In this document: positions 56,794-64,000 of the stretch, in pieces
Layout of the letters: each line of letters begins with the position of its first letter
How positions within the stretch are numbered: the stretch's first letter is position 1
Source of the DNA: a virus
Lineage: Duplodnaviria > Heunggongvirae > Uroviricota > Caudoviricetes
Reading direction: 5' to 3' (one strand)
Length of the DNA stretch: 64,000 nucleotides
Virus record (IMG/VR): IMGVR_UViG_3300021387_000074
Notes under the pieces: generated by a model
Databases searched by the model: none
What the model saw: only the letters and a program-made list of their open reading frames with translations
What the model was told of the DNA's origin: nothing
Made by a program: the position numbers and the translations under genes

Positions 56794-56796
56794 GCA

Positions 56797-57327
56797 TTAC
56801 TCCTTATTGTGACATTCTAAAAAATCTCTTGTTATATTGACAGTGTTAATAGTGTAGCCATCACCATCATAATCAACATTTATACCGCATTTTTTGCAGT
56901 GCCAGTGCACGCCGCCATCTTTATTATAGGTTTTTACAAAATCGTGCGGAGTTGGTCTTCCTTCTACCATAGCACCTAAAAGGTCATCTAACCCCATACG
57001 ATCTAAAGGTTTTTCTTCTTTATAAAGATTATTTTTTCTTAAAACGGCATCGCAAGGATGATTTCCATGTTCACCACTTATAGTGTTTTTAATGATTGTC
57101 ATCCAAGCACCGCATTTATCGCAGCTCCAATATTCAACACCATCTTTTTTATAATGGGTACAAGTAGGATGATAATGCTGAAATTCTGCCCTAGTGGCTT
57201 TTGCCACTAATCTTTTTTCGGGAGTATAGTATTTAGCATTTGCCATAAAATACGCTGCAGGAATTGCAATAGCAGCACAAGCAATAACAGTTATAAGAAC
57301 TCTTCTAAGAATTACATAAAATTTCAT
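56797..57327 (-). CDS. membrane-anchored Cys/His-rich protein
   Basis: N-terminal TM helix. 'CTHYKKDGVEYWSCDKCGAW' and 'HWHCKKCGINVDYDGDG' suggest two CxxC-type metal sites. Confidence 0.45.
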   Translation of the reverse strand: MKFYVILRRVLITVIACAAIAIPAAYFMANAKYYTPEKRLVAKATRAEFQHYHPTCTHYKKDGVEYWSCDKCGAWMTIIKNTISGEHGNHPCDAVLRKNNLYKEEKPLDRMGLDDLLGAMVEGRPTPHDFVKTYNKDGGVHWHCKKCGINVDYDGDGYTINTVNITRDFLECHNKE

Positions 57328-57550
57328 TGGTCTTCCTCCAACTCATCAAGTTCTTCGTCGGTTACATCGTCCCAATACTCTTCTTCAAATTCATCTTCGT
57401 CGATGACACCTTTTGCTACTAAACGCCTTACCCTTCTGTGTCTGTCATATTTTTTATCTGATTTGTTAACTGCAGCAATAGCACAAGAGCCAATAGCAAG
57501 CACAAGCAAACAGGCAAGCAAACAACAAAAAACTGCAAATCCTATAATCA

Positions 57551-57967
57551 CTAACATTGGCAATCTACCTCCGAGCGTGCAACTTCAATAACGTGAGCGT
57601 CATCTTTAAGCAGCTCTTCCATTGTTTCAACTTTGACTTCTTTGAAACCATCGGCTTCAAGGTTGTCGAGAAAAGCAATTTCAAATCTAAAGTTTTTATA
57701 AGATACAACGTCGCCAGGCTTCAAAATCAATTGGTATAAATAACCATGATTGTGTGGATCGCTAATGTGCCACCAAGCAACCTCGTTTTCATACCAGCCA
57801 TTCTTTTTGGCTTGTTCTTCATCTTCAGGGCGTGTGTTAACTGCTTCAAATCTTCCGCCATATCTTTCGATAAAATCGGAAACAGCCTGAATATCTTCAA
57901 TGCCATTAAACTTAATCGTAGGAACAGTCTGCGTTATGACTCTTGCTAAAATTCTTACTTCTGCCAT
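57551..57967 (-). CDS. hypothetical protein
   Basis: 138-aa ORF. Confidence 0.45.
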   Translation of the reverse strand: MAEVRILARVITQTVPTIKFNGIEDIQAVSDFIERYGGRFEAVNTRPEDEEQAKKNGWYENEVAWWHISDPHNHGYLYQLILKPGDVVSYKNFRFEIAFLDNLEADGFKEVKVETMEELLKDDAHVIEVARSEVDCQC

Positions 57968-57976
57968 AAACCCCTC

Positions 57977-58558
57977 CTACAAATTGTCTGTAAGATTCGA
58001 AAAATCAATATAACTGTTATCAATGTTGCCATTGATTAAATCGCCCCAAACTTCCCATTTAGGTGCCTGAATTTCCTGGATTTTGCCAAATTGTTCTTCT
58101 GATAATTCCTGAAAACTTTCAATGTTAATATCATCGCCGAGCAGTTCTTTAGCAATAAGACGCTCAAAAGCATAGCCCTCGATACGATAGCAATACTCTC
58201 GAACTTCTTCTTTGCCCATAAAAGTAACTGTTTCTTTTTGTGGCATAAGTCCCAGCTGAAGAAGACTCATTGTGAAAGTTTTTGCTGCATCAATATATTC
58301 TCTTCTTAAATGTGCACGAGCTTCACAAGCCTCTTGTGAGAAATCATTTTCAGGTGGCATTGTAGGATTATCAAAATAAAAGATGTTGTTTAATTTTTTT
58401 TCATATTTGAGATCTTCGAATGTGCATCCATACCAGCATGGCTTGTTTTCATTATTTACGCCAAGAAAGCAAGGATACTGCCATTTTTCCCAAAAGTCAG
58501 CATTATCTGCTGCACTTATATTTTTTTCATATCTAACGACTGTTTTGAAAAACTTCAT
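57977..58558 (-). CDS. hypothetical protein
   Basis: 193-aa ORF. Confidence 0.45.
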   Translation of the reverse strand: MKFFKTVVRYEKNISAADNADFWEKWQYPCFLGVNNENKPCWYGCTFEDLKYEKKLNNIFYFDNPTMPPENDFSQEACEARAHLRREYIDAAKTFTMSLLQLGLMPQKETVTFMGKEEVREYCYRIEGYAFERLIAKELLGDDINIESFQELSEEQFGKIQEIQAPKWEVWGDLINGNIDNSYIDFSNLTDNL

Positions 58559-58825
58559 ATTTGCCCCCGCAAAAAAATAGTTTTATTTTCGTTTTGAAAA
58601 ATTATAACATTAAAACTTTTTTTTGTAAATCACAGCGGTTTGAATCGAAAAAGCTGCAGCAAAAAATCAACGCCTTGTCCCGAAAATTATACAGTTTTGG
58701 GGACAAAATACGTTTTTGTAAAGTTCAAGAGCTGCTGCAGAATTGACGTAATGTTTCCACCCACGCACCTTGACAAGAAGTGCGAGTAATGTTTCCAACC
58801 CCGCAAAACAAAAAAAAGAGCAGGT

Positions 58826-58862
58826 GCCCAGGCTTATCGCCTTACTAACCTGCTCTTTTTGC
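58826..58862. terminator. bidirectional intrinsic terminator hairpin
   Basis: 'aaaaaaaagagcaggtgcccaggcttatcgccttactaacctgctctttttgcc' is a GC stem flanked by A-run and T-run. Confidence 0.5.
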
Positions 58863-59395
58863 CAAGTGCCCGAACTTCTCAGTCCTACTAACTTGTCAGC
58901 GGTAACAGCCCCCGTCGGGGCGAATACCGCTTAAATTAAAATGTCAAAACTCTGCTACATTGTCACAGAGGGGAGTTTTGTGGTTTGTCTAATACCCTAG
59001 AGTCGTGCCAATCTTATCCCATATAGCACACTACGTTATACCTTTTTGCGTCCTCCGCTCATCTGAATCCCTAGCGGGATGGTCTATAACGCCCGACCAA
59101 CTCATATCTAGCAGGCTGACAAAATCCTGCCACTTTTGAGGTTTTTGTTTTTTAGAGCAACCGTTCAACTATGATAAACCTATCCGCCTAATAAGTCCTC
59201 AAGGAGTGTTTTGATTATTTGATAACTCAACAACATAAAACACCCAAACTAAAAACAGTGACCGAAGTCAATCCCACGCTATACCTCGCCTCGCGATGCG
59301 AAAAATAGCGTGTAAAGTGAATATGCATCTTCACTTTTAGGAGCCTACAGATTACCGAAAACAGCCCCTGCGTTTTGACTTCAAAAAAATCGGTT

Positions 59396-60430
59396 TTACG
59401 CAATATCAAATCCGCCAAGTCCTACAAACTTAGTAATAGCGGAAAATTCATGTGCAATTCTTTTTGAGCGTTCAGCATTCAAAGAATCTTCCAATAAGGT
59501 CAAGCCGTGCTTGAGGCTCAACAAAGTCATACAGCCGCTCAAATCAGTTTGAATCAAAATATTTCTAACCTTTTCGAGATTAGAATTATTTCCATTTGCA
59601 AAAGACAAAATGATTTTGTCAGTTTCCCCATTTTCAACCGCCTCTTTTGCAATTACACGCATTTTGTATTTAAGGTCGTCAGTTGATTTACTCTTATCAG
59701 CAAGAGTTTTCAATTCAAAAACAAGTGAACCATTCACTGCTTTTATAGTGTCATCGTTAGGGTTATAACCGCCCGAAGAGCCATATAGTTCATCATTCAC
59801 GTTTCCCATACGTGCCATCAGCCCCTTCTCACTACTTGACAGTAATGCCCTATAACACTGCTTGTGCATTTCGCTTATCTGCTTATAAAGTTCCTGATAC
59901 TTTACCAAAAGAACATTATAGTGCTCATCATCATAAGCATCTAAACAATCATCTAACAATTCAGAAGCACCCTGTGATAAAATGGCGGGCAGTATTCTTT
60001 TGACTTCAATATCATCAGAATCGACGAGGGCTGAGAAGTAGTCCAGCATCTTTTTGATTGTTTCCTTCAGTGAAGTTCCAGCGGACATTATATCATAGAA
60101 TGATTTATTTCCCACAATTATAGATTTTGTAAGAATCAATTCTAAAACAGAGTCCACGATTTTATAACCTTCAATGGTCGGCTCTTCATAATCGAACGCC
60201 TTCCCGAAGGTCTTAATAAGGTCTTCAAAATCATCATAGGTTTTGAAGTTATTGAAAAGCATCATCTGCTCTTCTATTAAAGCAAGAGAGTTATCTTGAA
60301 GTCGAAAACCATTTTGAAACAAGAAATAGAGCTGGTCTCCGTACTTCTTAATAGCATCTTGCGGATAAAGTTTATTACAACGCTGAACAGTATAAGGGAA
60401 TACCACATAATTTTTATAGTTTATATTCAT
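59396..60430 (-). CDS. hypothetical protein (344 aa)
   Basis: Long ORF. Confidence 0.5.
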   Translation of the reverse strand: MNINYKNYVVFPYTVQRCNKLYPQDAIKKYGDQLYFLFQNGFRLQDNSLALIEEQMMLFNNFKTYDDFEDLIKTFGKAFDYEEPTIEGYKIVDSVLELILTKSIIVGNKSFYDIMSAGTSLKETIKKMLDYFSALVDSDDIEVKRILPAILSQGASELLDDCLDAYDDEHYNVLLVKYQELYKQISEMHKQCYRALLSSSEKGLMARMGNVNDELYGSSGGYNPNDDTIKAVNGSLVFELKTLADKSKSTDDLKYKMRVIAKEAVENGETDKIILSFANGNNSNLEKVRNILIQTDLSGCMTLLSLKHGLTLLEDSLNAERSKRIAHEFSAITKFVGLGGFDIA

Positions 60431-60501
60431 TTTGTCCTTCTTGCTATTTGTTTAGAGATAAAAAAAGACGTTGTGAAAAAATCACAACGCCTTCCAATTT
60501 A

Positions 60502-60523
60502 AGCCCCTACTATGTAGGGGCGG
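60502..60523 (-). terminator. hairpin terminator downstream of 60527..61162
   Basis: 'gcccctactatgtaggggc'. Confidence 0.45.
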
Positions 60524-60526
60524 TGG

Positions 60527-61162
60527 TTAGGCTACTGCCTCTTCTGATGTTTCGTCAGAAGTGAGTGCTACTGCTACACCGTTGCGAGTAAGGTTCTGAA
60601 CCTTTCCGAAAGGAACAGATTTCTTACCGAGTTTGAAGCCTGCAACTTCGCCTGCTTTTACTTCCTTGCCCTTGAACAGTACAAGAGAGTCTGCAGTTAC
60701 GTCGATGCGTGCTGACTTGTCAGTCACCTTGATGACTGTTGCCTGGAGGATGGTTACCTTAGAAGTAGACATATAGTAGTCCAGCTTGTCGCCTTCCTTG
60801 ATGATTTTTTCATCGGCGATTTTCTGAGCAAGAATCTTCTGCTCATCCTTAGCCTTTTCCTTGCGTTCCTTTTCCTTAGCCTTTTCAGCCTCACGTGCAG
60901 ATTTCTTTTCTGCGTTGAGTTTGTCGAGGATACCAAGCAACATATCGAGTTTTACTCCGTCATCGTCGCTGATTGAACCGATAACACCTGCAACGATTTC
61001 GTCTACAGATGCCTGAGCCTCTTCTGAAAGCTCCTTATATTTAGCCAATGGGTCGCGTTTTGTTGTAGCAGGTGTTTCTGCTGGTGCTTCATCTGCAACC
61101 TGAGCCTGAGCTCCGTCTGCAACCTGAGATTCAACAACTTCGTTTTCCATAATCTGTGCCAT
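60527..61162 (-). CDS. hypothetical protein with acidic N-terminus and K/E-rich middle
   Basis: 211-aa ORF. Confidence 0.5.
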   Translation of the reverse strand: MAQIMENEVVESQVADGAQAQVADEAPAETPATTKRDPLAKYKELSEEAQASVDEIVAGVIGSISDDDGVKLDMLLGILDKLNAEKKSAREAEKAKEKERKEKAKDEQKILAQKIADEKIIKEGDKLDYYMSTSKVTILQATVIKVTDKSARIDVTADSLVLFKGKEVKAGEVAGFKLGKKSVPFGKVQNLTRNGVAVALTSDETSEEAVA

Positions 61163-61339
61163 AGTATTTTTACTCCCGACCGTTTCCTAATACGGTCTCG
61201 TTATCAAATTGTGTTTTTGGTATGATACACTAACATATTGCTTTAATTATGCACTACGGTCATTAACAATGCCGATTTACATGCCCACGTTTTGCCCTAG
61301 TTTGTTTTCTCTCAAACTATGACTGCCGAACTTGCTATA

Positions 61340-61368
61340 ATTTTAACACAAGTGATATTTTTTGTCAA
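61340..61368 (-). promoter_or_regulatory. sigma70-type promoter
   Basis: The minus strand reads TTGACA, then 17 nt, then TAAAAT. Confidence 0.5.
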
Positions 61369-61568
61369 TCATCACTCATACCAACAGTATACAACGCTTT
61401 TGCTTTTGAATATGCACTAGCGTGCCTTCGTTCTTTATCACAAACAATAGAACAATCTGAAGCCTTAAACTTCTTATTCCCATTTTTTGTGCTGACCATA
61501 ACAAAATCCATATCATCGGCAAAATCAATAAAAGTGCCGACAACCTTACCATTGCTTACGACTTCCAC
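61365..61568 (-). CDS. small hypothetical protein
   Basis: 67-aa ORF. Confidence 0.35.
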   Translation of the reverse strand: MEVVSNGKVVGTFIDFADDMDFVMVSTKNGNKKFKASDCSIVCDKERRHASAYSKAKALYTVGMSDD

Positions 61569-61600
61569 AATTTTACCTCCAACGCAGATTTTTGTAAATA

Positions 61601-61670
61601 GGAGTAGGTCGGATTTGAACCGACAAAATATACTATTGAAAGTATCGTTCTACCGTTGAACTACTACTCC
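61601..61670 (-). tRNA. isolated tRNA-like gene with 6-nt anticodon loop (UUCAAU)
   Basis: Acceptor GGAGTAG/CTACTCC, D-arm GTTC-AACGGTA-GAAC and T-arm GTCGG-TTCAAAT-CCGAC are all well paired. The anticodon loop is 1 nt short. Confidence 0.45.
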
Positions 61671-61701
61671 ATTATAACACCAAGCGAAAATCAATTATGC
61701 A

Positions 61702-62058
61702 CTAACTGACTAACGGAGTGTCCATCATAGAAGGCTCAATGTGATAACTACCGTTACCCGAATTGACGCCCCATTTACGATTGACCAATTTAAGAAGGTC
61801 GTCGGAGATGTTGCGGGATAAATACTCCCCTTCAGAGTCACCATCTGCAAACCAAATCTTAGTACACTTATCGGTTATCTGATAACCAAGCCGAGCCTCA
61901 CCCAAGCGAGCAAAATCTTCCCCAGCAATTACTTTTACTGCCTTTTCGATTTCCTGCTTGTGAGGCTTGTCGAACTTATGATGGAATGAAACATTCCAAC
62001 AACGATTAAAACCAACATCATCCAAGTGTTCGTTACTGTAGATTTTAATGAATGCCAT
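61702..62058 (-). CDS. hypothetical protein
   Basis: 118 aa. AGGGGG RBS 9 nt upstream. TAGTGCATAAT motif upstream. Confidence 0.45.
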   Translation of the reverse strand: MAFIKIYSNEHLDDVGFNRCWNVSFHHKFDKPHKQEIEKAVKVIAGEDFARLGEARLGYQITDKCTKIWFADGDSEGEYLSRNISDDLLKLVNRKWGVNSGNGSYHIEPSMMDTPLVS

Positions 62059-62112
62059 ATTGCTAAGCCCCCTATGCTTAATATTATATGCGGAATTAAA
62101 ATTGATTATGCA

Positions 62113-62352
62113 CTAAGATAAATCCAAGTGCTCAGCGGAAATATAGACCTGTCTGCCATTACGCTCCAGGCTACCAACAATGCGGACATTAAGTGGTTTT
62201 TTCTTAATGATTGAATCTGCCATTTTTTGAGATTTTACAACAACAGCCATTTTTTGTCCATTATTGTCCACAATGAATGCCAAAGGCATTGACCCTTTTT
62301 TAGAAGTGAAGTGTGCAAACTTTCCTTCAAAGATTACTGAATTAAGTGCCAT
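62113..62352 (-). CDS. small hypothetical protein (possible OB-fold)
   Basis: 79-aa ORF. The OB-fold suggestion is only a weak impression. Confidence 0.4.
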   Translation of the reverse strand: MALNSVIFEGKFAHFTSKKGSMPLAFIVDNNGQKMAVVVKSQKMADSIIKKKPLNVRIVGSLERNGRQVYISAEHLDLS

Positions 62353-62353
62353 T

Positions 62354-62605
62354 TTACACCTTCCATATTTTTTTACCGTTTACAATGGTCGGCTTACCAT
62401 ATTTTGATTCAAGGACTTCGCTCTGAGTTCTGAGCTGACGAGGAGGCAGTTTTGTCATATTCTGCTGGTCGTCAATTCCCTTTCCCGTTTTGGCTTCGAG
62501 AACATCTCGGAGTCTTAAATTGCCATACTTAGCCTTCCAAGCCTGCGGATTTTTTGCGAGGTTGATAAGACCATCCAACTCATTAGCATTTATTGTGTTT
62601 CTCAT
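62354..62605 (-). CDS. small hypothetical protein
   Basis: 83 aa. Preceded by the 37-bp promoter/RBS cassette. Confidence 0.4.
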   Translation of the reverse strand: MRNTINANELDGLINLAKNPQAWKAKYGNLRLRDVLEAKTGKGIDDQQNMTKLPPRQLRTQSEVLESKYGKPTIVNGKKIWKV

Positions 62606-62641
62606 ATTGTGTCCCCCTTATGAGATATAGTATACCACAAA
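62605..62641 (-). repeat. 37-bp promoter/RBS cassette, copy 1
   Basis: 'attgtgtcccccttatgagatatagtataccacaaaa' is identical at 63279-63315. The minus strand reads TGGTATACT...AAGGGGGACACAAT-ATG. Confidence 0.7.
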
Positions 62642-62659
62642 ACCAAAAACGATTATGCA

Positions 62660-62851
62660 CTAAGCCCGTATTATTTGGTCATAGCGAATGCCGACCACTT
62701 TGTCCCCTTCGGGAACATACGCAGATTTTTTTGTTACCTTAGTAACTCTGCGTGTTTTGATTCCATTGTGATTATAAACAATACGGTCACCAACTTTTAC
62801 AAGTTTAGTGAGGTCAAAATCTCTTAGAGAATTAAATGCAATTCCAACCAT
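62660..62851 (-). CDS. small hypothetical protein
   Basis: 63 aa. Confidence 0.35.
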   Translation of the reverse strand: MVGIAFNSLRDFDLTKLVKVGDRIVYNHNGIKTRRVTKVTKKSAYVPEGDKVVGIRYDQIIRA

Positions 62852-63031
62852 AAAGTGCCTCCTATAATACGCACATGAGAATTATTAAAAATGGGAACAT
62901 TGATCCACCAATAAAGGTGTAACCCCATTCCGTCAAGTTTTGCTTTTCTTTTTCAGTCCGAGCGGTCTTGCTAACACCTAAGTATGCAAGACCGATGAAC
63001 ATACAAGCGACCATTAATGCAAGAAGGACTA

Positions 63032-63280
63032 CTAACATTTAGCATCCCCCTTCACATCATTCAGAATAACCCAAGTGCCACCACTAGAGAGGTAACGCTT
63101 ACGTTTTGGATTTGTTGCAGTGCCCCACTTCACGTAGAAGGCTCCCTTTTCAGACTGATGCAGAATGCGTTTCTGAGTGCTAAGTCCAACGGTTACCTTC
63201 CTTCCTTCGTGAAGAGCCTCGAAAATAGGGCAATCAAGATTTTCTGCCCTGACCAAGTGCAATACTGATTTTCCCATAAT
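63032..63280 (-). CDS. small hypothetical protein (start at MGKSV)
   Basis: AAGGGGGA RBS 8 nt before the ATG at 63278-63280. The track ORF extends further 5' but lacks an RBS. Confidence 0.4.
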   Translation of the reverse strand: MMGKSVLHLVRAENLDCPIFEALHEGRKVTVGLSTQKRILHQSEKGAFYVKWGTATNPKRKRYLSSGGTWVILNDVKGDAKC

Positions 63281-63315
63281 TGTGTCCCCCTTATGAGATA
63301 TAGTATACCACAAAA
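63279..63315 (-). repeat. 37-bp promoter/RBS cassette, copy 2
   Basis: Identical to 62605-62641. Confidence 0.7.
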
Positions 63316-63478
63316 AGTAGTGCAATTATGCACTACTTCCAACCAAGAGCCTGCGGATAGTCTACAATCCTATCTGCAGCACCATTTATTGCCGATTCTA
63401 AATCATACGTGCCACTTTTGATGGCACTTTTGATTTTACGGACTTTTTCGGATTTTGGAGTGCGGAGTTTTGGCTTTT

Positions 63479-63787
63479 TCATATCTGCATAACTCCCAAG
63501 TGAACAGCCCCAGCCTCGCGGACTGCTAGCCCTTTTGCGTCGCTGACTTTTGCTCGATAAACAAGTGCCTGCAGTCCTTCTGTTTTGTTACTTGTTGCCA
63601 TCAACTGTAAGGTCTTTTCCATAGAATAGCGTTTATCTGATTTTACAGCGTTATGGAATGCCCTTCTAGTTGTGTCCACTTCAATACGCACTAAGCGGTC
63701 TTTTTTAGCCCAAATGTTAGCACCAACTCTGATAGAGCCTCTACAGTCCTGAAGCCCTATGTCCTTTTCAAATTGTGTAAGTTCCAT
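63479..63787 (-). CDS. hypothetical protein
   Basis: 102-aa ORF. Confidence 0.4.
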   Translation of the reverse strand: MELTQFEKDIGLQDCRGSIRVGANIWAKKDRLVRIEVDTTRRAFHNAVKSDKRYSMEKTLQLMATSNKTEGLQALVYRAKVSDAKGLAVREAGAVHLGVMQI

Positions 63788-63850
63788 ATTAAGCCCCCTA
63801 TGCTTAAAATGTTTAAGTTTTATATATAAGTGATTAAATCACTTGATATA

Positions 63851-64000
63851 CTTAATTATACAACTACTTAAAAAGTAATTATGCACTAAGTGATTACTAG
63901 GTGCGAAAAAACTAATTAAATAATTTATGACTTAATTATACAACTACTTAAAAAGTAATTATGCACTAAGTGATTACTAGGTGCGAAAAAACTAATTAAA
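63851..64000. repeat. tandem direct repeat, 2 x 70 bp separated by 10 bp
   Basis: 'cttaattatacaactacttaaaaagtaattatgcactaagtgattactaggtgcgaaaaaactaattaaa' occurs at 63851-63920 and 63931-64000. Confidence 0.8.

Noticed and set aside
63851-64000. CRISPR array
   Set aside because: There are only two copies of a 70-bp unit with a 10-bp spacer. This has no CRISPR repeat/spacer periodicity, there are no cas genes, and the unit contains promoter-like elements. It is treated as a tandem regulatory repeat.

Overview
This is an AT-rich (about 35% GC) 64 kb window in which essentially every gene lies on the minus strand in dense head-to-tail order. Nearly every intergenic gap carries a near-consensus sigma70-type promoter on the minus strand (TTGACA/TTTACA, 17 nt, TGnTATAAT/TAAAAT), usually just after a hairpin terminator. 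Strong AGGAG Shine-Dalgarno sites precede the starts, which suggests a low-GC Gram-positive-like host. The gene content reads as the accessory or early region of a large virulent (jumbo-type) phage: no capsid, terminase or polymerase genes are present.

What is present:
- Large tRNA arrays at roughly 16.5-20.7 kb and 21.8-22.3 kb. I decoded more than 25 tRNAs covering most amino acids.
- A second zone at 42-43 kb and 45.5-48.9 kb in which tRNAs and tRNA-like fragments sit inside long structured noncoding spacers. These are linked by a conserved bipartite sequence element.
- An RNA-repair set: RNA ligase, metallophosphoesterase and a polynucleotide-kinase-like P-loop protein.
- A complete Preiss-Handler NAD+ salvage route (PncA, PncB, NadD, NadE) plus a Nudix hydrolase. 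I interpret this as a counter-defence module against NAD+-depleting immunity.
- A chaperone and protease set: an Hsp90/HtpG homolog flanked by a MoxR/CobS-like AAA+ ATPase and a CobT/BchD-like VWA protein with a roughly 330-residue acidic disordered region, plus GroES-like and ClpP-like proteins.
- A membrane GGDEF diguanylate cyclase, two GIY-YIG endonucleases, a radical SAM enzyme, and a six-member tandem paralog family.
- A distal region (61-64 kb) that uses a different promoter-like motif and ends in a 70-bp tandem direct repeat.

All calls are made by eye from motifs in the supplied translations. No database searches were run.
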